Origin: an uncultured candidate division Zixibacteria bacterium
GTDB lineage: Bacteria > Zixibacteria > MSB-5A5 > UBA10806
Direction of reading: 5' to 3'
DNA length: 64,000 nucleotides
NCBI GenBank assembly: GCA_963801605.1
Contig: CAWDFP010000006.1
Coordinates: 1,568,001 to 1,632,000 of the forward strand
Shown piece by piece: positions 56,822 through 64,000 of the stretch. The notes under the pieces are model-generated. The model worked only from the letters and a program-made list of their open reading frames with translations. It searched no databases and was not told the DNA's origin. Each line of letters starts with the position of its first letter. Positions within the stretch are counted from its first letter, which is position 1. Position numbers and translations under genes: made by a program.

Positions 56822-57691
56822 TCAAAAAAAGGCATTATTGGGGCCGGCCCAATCATTTTTAAGATAGTTGACCATATAAACGACATCAAGGCCATTTGCT
56901 ACACCGTCTCCATTGGCATCTCCCGGCACCACAAAGGAACTGGCAACCGCAATAGAGTTATCTGCGATGCTGTTAGGAGGTCCAAAATAGCAAAGCGGCG
57001 GGCCAAAAATCGGATCATTTTGTATTATGCTCATAACCGGGGTGCCAGTGCCTGTTACTGCTGTTATAACAAGATCGTAAATAGCGGTCATCGTGGGGAA
57101 GTTATTCTGGCCATTTTGGGTATATGTATCATAGTCGAGCGAAATGCTGCTATAAGGGGCAGCAAACGGCCTGATGGCACTTACTTCGGCCATATTGTTG
57201 GGAAGTAATGACGTAACTGAGAATCCCGCTATATCGGCCGGATTGAATTGATACGAAAACGATATGTTTGAGATTGGTACTGTAGCTGTGACATAAACCC
57301 TGAAAGTAGCCGTAAGCGGGTCAGTATCGTGTTGCACAACAAGCTGCGCCTGCGCTGTCTGAGCCGCAGTATTAGTCCATTGTGGAGACGTGTATGTGCA
57401 AGCATTGGCCGGAGGAGGGCCGCCTTTGAAAAAGGTGATTAAATAAGTGACATCGAGCCCGTTTACATATGTGTTTCCATCCATATCTGCACCTTCGATA
57501 CACCAGATAGGCGATCCACCCCGAAAATATTGGACCATTTCATCAGCGTCAGCCCAATTGCACCAGCCGTCCCCGTTGCAATCTCCATAGGGATGAAAGC
57601 TTTGAGTCTGACCAATTAACGGGGCACCCAAAAGGGTAATCAACAGGGAAAATAAAAAAATTGCCCAGCAAATACCGGAATCGAATCGCAT
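56822..57691 (-). CDS. Secreted protein with dockerin-like repeats at both ends (possible frameshift in the last ~15 codons)
   Basis: Signal peptide; 'GDCNGDG..N.AD', 'ADMDGN..VNGLDVTYL..FFKGGP', and C-terminal 'GDANGDG.ANGLDVVYMVNYLK'. Confidence 0.75.
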   Translation of the reverse strand: MRFDSGICWAIFLFSLLITLLGAPLIGQTQSFHPYGDCNGDGWCNWADADEMVQYFRGGSPIWCIEGADMDGNTYVNGLDVTYLITFFKGGPPPANACTYTSPQWTNTAAQTAQAQLVVQHDTDPLTATFRVYVTATVPISNISFSYQFNPADIAGFSVTSLLPNNMAEVSAIRPFAAPYSSISLDYDTYTQNGQNNFPTMTAIYDLVITAVTGTGTPVMSIIQNDPIFGPPLCYFGPPNSIADNSIAVASSFVVPGDANGDGVANGLDVVYMVNYLKNDWAGPNNAFF

Positions 57692-58084
57692 AATTGCTCC
57701 TTTTCCATTAGGTTTTACGTCCGTTCTAAAACATCAAATAGAACCGAGTCCGTAAAGAAATCTGAGAAGTTAATATTGAAAAGCGTAATGCTTTTATTTA
57801 TGCGTGATGTCAAACATGGCAGACAGCAATAAAACAGAAAATATTCGGGGCTGTCTTGGAATAGTCTGATTTGATTCTATATTGGGCCATGATTATTGTC
57901 AAGTAAAAAATCCCAATATATTTGTACAATGCCAATATTAGGCCCTTGTGGGGCCGGCCCGCCTTTCTTATTAAAATTAATGAGTTAAAAGCCCGATTAT
58001 TTAGTTTTTTTCGCTTTAATTTCATGCTTGACATCGACTCAACTTTTCATAAATTGATGGTTTTGGATAGGAAAGGGGTTTGTT

Positions 58085-58336
58085 TTGGCACACAAGAAAG
58101 GTTTAGGATCTTCAAGAAACGGTCGCGACTCGCACGGCCAGCGGCTTGGCGTAAAAGCCTATGGCGGAGAGCGTGTTAATGCCGGCACGATCATTATCCG
58201 GCAGCGCGGCACCCATATCATGCCCGGCCTCAATGTAGGTTTGGCCAAGGATGATACGATCTTCGCTACCGCTGACGGCGTGGTGAAGTTCGAACGCAAG
58301 GGCCGTGATAAGAAGATCGTCTCGATAGTCCCATAG
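58085..58336 (+). CDS. rpmA: 50S ribosomal protein L27
   Basis: [32 protein letters not shown] start; own TTGACA promoter at 58028. Confidence 0.97.
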   Translation: MAHKKGLGSSRNGRDSHGQRLGVKAYGGERVNAGTIIIRQRGTHIMPGLNVGLAKDDTIFATADGVVKFERKGRDKKIVSIVP

Positions 58337-58412
58337 AACGACCCCGGTCGTATTGGCCGGGTCGTCTTTATGTATGATGTGACTATAATCGCAAGGTCTT
58401 TTAAAACAGTTA

Positions 58413-59040
58413 ATGATGACAACACCTCCCAGGAAAGTAGGAATAATTATCTCCGGCGGCAATCCCTGGGAGATTTTGTTTTCTTTTCTACAGCTTGAAA
58501 AACTTGGCTATCTGAGAATCCCGATCTCGGTACCCATCGATGGGCCCGCCGAGTTCATCTCGGAAATCGAATACGAGCTTAGCCCGAACCTCCATCACCA
58601 GTTTTGCCGATGCCAAAGTTACCGGTCTCGATGCTTTAATTATTCCCGGCGGGAAGCGTTTATTCAACAGCCTCAGCAATTTTCAGGACGTCGGCAATGC
58701 CTTCAAAATCCACGAGGGTTTTAAAACTCTGATTAAGGGCGCCTACCGGATGCAAAAACCTATCGGCGCTTTCGGATCGGCCTCGGCGCTGATTACCAAG
58801 TCGCTGCAGGGAATAACACATGCCGGTCTGGTGGTGACAGTGGGGAGCGATCCCAAAATTCAAGCGGCTATCGCGTCCACCGGGGCGCAGACCGTTGTCA
58901 CCAGGCCAACCGAAGTAATTATCGATCAGACAAATAAAGTAGCCACTTCCGGAGGGGAGCTGTGCAGCAAACGACCCTCCGAAGTATATGAATCTTGCGG
59001 AAACCTGATTTCCGCCTTAACCGAACTTATGAGTGAGTAG
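58413..59040 (+). CDS. DJ-1/PfpI (ElbB/ES1-like) fold protein, frameshifted near 58590
   Basis: 'KVGIIISG..PWEILFS', 'DALIIPGG', 'KPIGAF', 'VTVGSD', 'IIDQTNKVATS' follow the ElbB pattern. Confidence 0.6.
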
Positions 59041-59887
59041 GAAAATGCGAACTATCAAATCCGAACAGATTACGGAGTCCGTCAAAAAGCTTTGTACGGA
59101 CGCCAACTACTACCTCGGAGCCGATGTAATCGCCGCGCTCAAGGATGCTTCTGGCAAAGAAGAATCGCCGCTGGGCAAGGAGATCATCAACCAGATTTTG
59201 GAAAATGCCGAGATCGCCAAAAACGATAAGATGCCGCTTTGCCAGGATACCGGATTATCGGCAATTTTCGTCGAACTCGGCCAGGACGTGCATGTCGAGG
59301 GCGCCGATTTCGAGGCCGCTGTGCAGGAGGGGATTCGACAAGGATATACCGAGGGTTATCTTCGCAAATCTATGGTCGAGGACCCGCTGCGCCGTAAAAA
59401 CACCGGCGATAATACTCCGGCGGTTATTTCAACTCGCATCGTCAAAGGCGACAAAATAAAAATTACAATTCTTCCCAAAGGCGGCGGCTCGGAGAATATG
59501 AGCGCAGTCAGGATGCTCAAACCATCCGACGGTGAAGATGGCGTGAAGGGCTTTGTGGTTGAGACTGTCAAAAAAGCCGGAGGTAATCCCTGCCCTCCGA
59601 TTATTGTCGGCGTAGGCATTGGCGGCTCATTCGATAAATGCGCATATCTGGCAAAGAAGGCTCTGCTTCGAGAGCTTGGCAGCGTGCACTCTGATCCGTA
59701 TTATGCAGCGATGGAGAAGGAGTTACTTGAGAAAGTCAACAATACCGGTATCGGACCGCAGGGGCTTGGCGGACGGATTACCGCGTTGGCTGTTCATATC
59801 GAGACTCATCCCTGCCATATCGCCAGCTTACCGGTGGCTGTTAATACACAATGCCACTCGGCTCGCCACAAAGAAGTCGTGATTTGA
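59033..59887 (+). CDS. Fe-S hydro-lyase (fumarate/tartrate) alpha subunit
   Basis: PLCQDTG, KGGGSEN, GNPCPP, QCHSARH. Confidence 0.93.
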   Translation: MSRKMRTIKSEQITESVKKLCTDANYYLGADVIAALKDASGKEESPLGKEIINQILENAEIAKNDKMPLCQDTGLSAIFVELGQDVHVEGADFEAAVQEGIRQGYTEGYLRKSMVEDPLRRKNTGDNTPAVISTRIVKGDKIKITILPKGGGSENMSAVRMLKPSDGEDGVKGFVVETVKKAGGNPCPPIIVGVGIGGSFDKCAYLAKKALLRELGSVHSDPYYAAMEKELLEKVNNTGIGPQGLGGRITALAVHIETHPCHIASLPVAVNTQCHSARHKEVVI

Positions 59888-59898
59888 GGAGATAGATC

Positions 59899-60450
59899 AT
59901 GGAAACCAAAAAACTTACAACTCCGCTCAAAGATTCCGATATCGCCGGTCTTCGCTCCGGGGATAACGTGACCATAACCGGATATATCTATACCGGCCGT
60001 GATGCCGCTCATAAGAAAATGGTTGATCTCCTGCAAAAAGGGGAGAGCCTGCCGTTCGATCCCAAAGGACAGATCATTTACTTCGTCGGTCCCACGCCGG
60101 CCAAACCCGGCCAGGTGATTGGATCAGCCGGCCCGACGACATCAGGACGGATGAATAAATATTCTCCGTTTTTGCTGGCTGCCGGCCTCAAGGGAATGAT
60201 CGGTAAAGGCGAAATGGGCGCCGAGGTTGTTGAGGCTCTCAAGAAGCACAAGGGTGTCTATATGGTGGCCACCGGCGGCGCGGCGGCCTTGATTGCCAAG
60301 CGAATCACGGAAGCGACCGTTGTGGCCTACGAGGAGCTCGGCCCGGAGGCTATCCGACGTCTCAAAGTTGTCGATTTCCCCGTGATCGTGGCCCAGGATT
60401 GCCACGGCGGCAATATCTATGTCGAGGGCGTGGAGAAATACCAGCGGTAA
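59899..60450 (+). CDS. Fe-S hydro-lyase (fumarate/tartrate) beta subunit
   Basis: TGRDAAHK, GPTTSGRM, MIGKG, GGAAAL, ELGPEAI. Confidence 0.93.
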   Translation: METKKLTTPLKDSDIAGLRSGDNVTITGYIYTGRDAAHKKMVDLLQKGESLPFDPKGQIIYFVGPTPAKPGQVIGSAGPTTSGRMNKYSPFLLAAGLKGMIGKGEMGAEVVEALKKHKGVYMVATGGAAALIAKRITEATVVAYEELGPEAIRRLKVVDFPVIVAQDCHGGNIYVEGVEKYQR

Positions 60451-60606
60451 ATTGCATCGTTCTATCTGTTAAGCATGATTTAGTGAAAGTATTGATTTAG
60501 CGCATCGTCAGGGCGTTTCCTGAAAATTTGTAAGATTGTTAGGCGCTCCTAAGATGAAAAATCGAGATGCTCCTTTAACTCAAAGTTAGAAAATAAACAA
60601 TAGCAT

Positions 60607-60635
60607 TTGACGAAAAACAGTAATGCTAATAAACT
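60607..60635 (+). promoter_or_regulatory. Sigma70 promoter of the sdh operon
   Basis: TTGACG-N17-TAAACT. Confidence 0.6.
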
Positions 60636-60720
60636 TCATTGAATGGAGAAACGGTCAATAGATAGAATTGGATAAATTAATTGATAAACTGAGGGCATCT
60701 TTTAAGTCAGGAGGCTTAAA

Positions 60721-61116
60721 ATGAGTCAAGCCATAGCAACTCGAGGAGCGCTGTTCTGGCTCTTCCAGCGGCTGACAGGTTTGTTCTTAGCTGTCTTTCT
60801 TTTTACCCACGTGAAAGTGCTTCACTGGGATTTCAATTTCACCAACCCCGCCATAGCCCCCACCGGCTTTCTCGATTTCAGCTTCGTGGCTCAACGGCTG
60901 CAGGGAAGTGTCGGCTGGGTCATCTTCTACTTCTGTTTCATCATCTCAGCCCTGTTCCACGGCCTGAACGGCCTCTGGGCGGTGGTGCTCGATTTCAGGC
61001 CATCACGCGGCATTCAGACCACCTGGTTATCGGTGCTCTGGGCGGTCGGTGTATTGGTCTCGATCTGGGGTCTCTACACTCTGAGCTCGTTCTACTCCGG
61101 CGGAGGTGTCTCATGA
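60721..61116 (+). CDS. sdhD: Succinate dehydrogenase hydrophobic anchor subunit (SdhD-like)
   Basis: 'WLFQRLTG..L...H', 'ALFHGLNGLW.V..D'. Confidence 0.75.
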   Translation: MSQAIATRGALFWLFQRLTGLFLAVFLFTHVKVLHWDFNFTNPAIAPTGFLDFSFVAQRLQGSVGWVIFYFCFIISALFHGLNGLWAVVLDFRPSRGIQTTWLSVLWAVGVLVSIWGLYTLSSFYSGGGVS

Positions 61117-61529
61117 ACGTACTTAAAGCATTCAAAGGCACAGCCGAGGAAACCAGGCTCAATCCTAACGTGGGGACATTTGCCTGGGTTCTGCATCGGA
61201 TAACAGGTCTCCTGCTGCTGTTCTATCTTTTATTGCACATGTGGGTATTAGGCTCGGCCAATTCCGGTCCGGGCGAATTTGACCAGAGGCTTAAAATGGT
61301 GCAGTCGCCTCTGTTCCATTTTTTAGAAATTGGATTAATTCTGACAGTGTTTTATCACATGATAAACGGACTTTCGATTACCATTATGGATTTCTTTAAT
61401 CTCTCGACCAAACACAAAACACTGGTGACAATTTCGGTAGTAATATTTGCAATTGTCGCCATAGTAGCTTTCGGTATCATGCTGCCTCGGGCGCTGCATC
61501 ACGGCGGAGGTGTCCATGCGATTTCATGA
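61113..61529 (+). CDS. sdhC: Succinate dehydrogenase cytochrome b subunit (SdhC-like)
   Basis: 'AWVLHRITG....YL..H', 'YHMING....D'. Confidence 0.8.
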   Translation: MNVLKAFKGTAEETRLNPNVGTFAWVLHRITGLLLLFYLLLHMWVLGSANSGPGEFDQRLKMVQSPLFHFLEIGLILTVFYHMINGLSITIMDFFNLSTKHKTLVTISVVIFAIVAIVAFGIMLPRALHHGGGVHAIS

Positions 61530-63221
61530 TGTAATCGTAATCGGCGGCGGCCTGGCCGGTATGCGAGCGGCTATCGAGGCCGCATCAGGCGGCGCCGATG
61601 TCGCCTTGCTTTCCAAGGTGCATCCGCTTCGTTCTCACTCCGGCGCGGCGCAGGGAGGCATCAACGCGGCCCTGGCAAACAATCCCGATTCGCATGATGA
61701 TTCACCCGAAAGACATGCTTTCGATACCATCAAAGGCTCCGATTTCGTAGCCGATCAGGGCGCAGCGATCACCATGACCAGCGATGCCCCGCGCGTCATT
61801 TTCGAGATGGAGCATTGGGGGTGTCCTTTCTCACGAACTGATGATGGCAAGATCGCCCAGCGACCGTTCGGCGGAGCAGGCTATCCGCGGACATGCTACG
61901 GAGCGGATAAAACCGGTTTGTATCTGCTTCATACTCTCTATGAACAAACAGTGCGCCTCAATACCCATTACTATGAAGAGTGGATGGTTCTGCAGTTAGC
62001 CGTAGATGAAAAGGGCATCTGCAAAGGCGTTATCGCCCTAAATATTCCCGATGGTACAATCGAAATGATTGGCGCCAATGCGGTCATATTCGGCACGGGA
62101 GGCGCGGGCAGGATGTACGGCAACACCACCAACGCCCATGTTTCCACGGCGCTGGGAATAGCCATTCCCTATTGGGCCGGGATTCCCGTCAAGGATATGG
62201 AATTTATCCAGTTCCATCCGACAGGACTCTATCGCTCCAATATTCTGATGACCGAGGGTTGCCGCGGTGAGGGCGGATACCTGATTAACTCCGAAGGCGA
62301 ACGCTTTATGAAGCGTTATGTCTCCGAGAAAGTCATGGAGCTTGCCCCGCGCGATATCACCAGCCGTTCGATTACAACCGAGATCGAACAGGGGCGGGGC
62401 ATCGAGAATGCTTATGTCTATCTCGATCTGCGCCATCTCGGAAAAGATAAGATTATGGAAAGACTCCCCGGCATTCGCGAAATCTGTCTCGACTTTGCCA
62501 ATATCGATCCGATAGTCAGCCCAATTCCGGTGAATCCCTCGATGCATTACACAATGGGGGGAATCGATACCAACGCTGACGGTGAGACCAAATCGCCCGG
62601 TTTCTACGCGGGCGGAGAATGCGCTTGCGTCTCGGTACACGGCGCTAACAGGCTTGGTGGCAACTCGCTTCTTGGATACCATCGTTTTTGGCAGAAGATG
62701 CGGCGCCGCTGCCGTCAAATATGTCAAGAGCCTGCCCAAAGCGGCTGATGAGAAGACGCTTAATAAGGCTCATCAAAAGCTTCAGGAGCGGATGGCTTTT
62801 GCAGTCGATGGTAAGGGAACGGAAAATCCCTACAAGATCAGAGACGAACTCCAGGGGATCATGCCGGCCAAGGTCGGCATTTTCCGCACGGAAAAAGAAA
62901 TGTCCGAAGGCCTGGTAAAGATTCGGGAACTCAGGGAACGCTTTAAGCATATTCGCCCGGAGATAAAAACGCAGATCATTCAATATGGATCGTGTCTGGA
63001 TAATGGAATTGGCCGGGAATCTCGATATCGCGGAGATCGTAGCCGAGGGCGCTCTGCGCAGGCAGGAAAGCCGCGGCGCTCATTCGAGACGGGACTTCAC
63101 CAAGCGCGACGATCAAAACTGGCTCAAGCATACCGTGGTGACCTAGTCGCCTGAGAGACCGCAGTTCTCGTACAGTAAGGTTGATATTTCCAAATACCAG
63201 CCTGAGGAAAGGAAGTACTGA
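61516..63221 (+). CDS. sdhA: Succinate dehydrogenase/fumarate reductase flavoprotein (frameshifts near 62670 and 62970; in-frame TAG at 63144)
   Basis: GGGLAG, RSHSGAAQGG (covalent FAD His), QFHPT, TEGCRGEGG, ELAPRD, HYTMGG, HGANRLG, RQESRGAH, ending YQPEERKY*. Confidence 0.9.
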
Positions 63222-63222
63222 T

Positions 63223-63948
63223 ATGGCGGTGACATTCAAAGTATTTAGATATGATCCCGATAGCGAACGCGGCCCGTATTTTCAGGAGTATGAGGTTCAG
63301 AACGTCAAGGGGATGACTGTCCTCGAGGGTATTTTCTGGATCATGGAAAACCTGGATCCCACGCTGGCATTTCGCTGTGCCTGCCGGGCGGCAATTTGCG
63401 GTTCTGATGCCATGCATATCAACGGCCAATATCGTCTGGCCTGCAAAACGCAGATCGATCGGCTAAGCTCGCCGATCACTATCAGACCCCTGGCGCATCT
63501 TCCGGTTCAGAAGGATTTAGTTGTCGATATGAAGCCGTTTTTCGATAACTACAAGCTAATCAAGCCGTATTTGATTCCCAAAGAAGCGGCTCCGGAAAAG
63601 GAATATCTGCAAAGCCCGGAGGATCGCAAATTGATCGATCATCATATCGATTGTATCCTTTGTGGTTCCTGCTACGGTTCCTGCCCGGTGGCTTATGGCG
63701 ATCCCAAATATTATGGCCCGCACGCGCTTCTGAAAGTGCTGCGTTTTATCGATGATTCCCGCGATGGCGCCGATAAGGAGCGTTTGGCGATGGTGGCCTC
63801 GGAGTTCGGTGTATTTCGCTGCCATACGATCTTCAACTGCAAGGAAGTTTGCCCCAAGGATTTGAATCCTACGGGTGCAATCAGCCGTCTGAAAAACAAG
63901 GTCCTGGTCGAGAAATTCCCAATCTTGAAATTCCTGATACGGCAATAA
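63223..63948 (+). CDS. sdhB: Succinate dehydrogenase iron-sulfur subunit
   Basis: CRAAICGSD..LAC (2Fe-2S with Asp ligand), CILCGSC..SCP, CHTIFNC..VCP. Confidence 0.95.
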   Translation: MAVTFKVFRYDPDSERGPYFQEYEVQNVKGMTVLEGIFWIMENLDPTLAFRCACRAAICGSDAMHINGQYRLACKTQIDRLSSPITIRPLAHLPVQKDLVVDMKPFFDNYKLIKPYLIPKEAAPEKEYLQSPEDRKLIDHHIDCILCGSCYGSCPVAYGDPKYYGPHALLKVLRFIDDSRDGADKERLAMVASEFGVFRCHTIFNCKEVCPKDLNPTGAISRLKNKVLVEKFPILKFLIRQ

Positions 63949-63960
63949 TGTATGTATTTA

Positions 63961-63986
63961 AGCGGTCGGGTGTTCTCACCCGACCG
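63961..63986. repeat. REP-like palindrome that probably doubles as the sdh terminator
   Basis: AGCGGTCGGGTG-ttct-CACCCGACCG followed by TTTTT; arms identical to 4996-5021. Confidence 0.75.
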
Positions 63987-64000
63987 TTTTTATTTATCAA

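Noticed and set aside
62038..62739. Long antisense ORFs (e.g. 62038..62739, 16396..16989, 12407..12850)
   Set aside because: They are shadows of well-supported genes on the opposite strand and have no recognisable motifs.

Overview
64-kb bacterial chromosomal segment from the FCB superphylum. It most resembles candidate phylum Zixibacteria, which I infer from 'NYPNPFN' C-terminal sorting domains, 'NGLDVTYL..FKGG' dockerin-like repeats and a short RpoD-type sigma factor. Housekeeping content: complete F0F1 ATP synthase operon, split Fe-S fumarase, succinate dehydrogenase (in D-C-A-B order), rpoD-type sigma, rnr, dgt, pyrE, nfo, msrB, rpmA, tRNA-Phe(GAA) and tRNA-Ser(TGA). Envelope and secretome content: a GldA/GldF-GldG/DUF4340 ABC system, two divergent HtrA proteases, BatA/VWA, LVIVD, FG-GAP, lamin-tail and dockerin proteins, an M14 carboxypeptidase and a ~2,800-aa S8 protease. 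About 13 genes, including rpoD and sdhA, are split by single-base frameshifts that are most likely consensus indel errors. Best leads: (1) a Cyc2-type cytochrome-porin fusion next to a periplasmic monoheme cytochrome c, a candidate Fe(II)-oxidation or extracellular electron uptake module; (2) the giant S8 protease, whose duplicated modules are each preceded by a linker motif resembling its own pro-peptide junction, a candidate self-processing polyprotein; (3) two unrelated cargo genes carrying a nearly identical ~200-bp sorting-domain cassette; (4) GTAG-type REP palindromes; (5) an orphan FISUMP C-terminal fragment followed by hairpins; (6) probable non-canonical starts (CTG for the sigma factor) and three apparent pseudo-enzymes.
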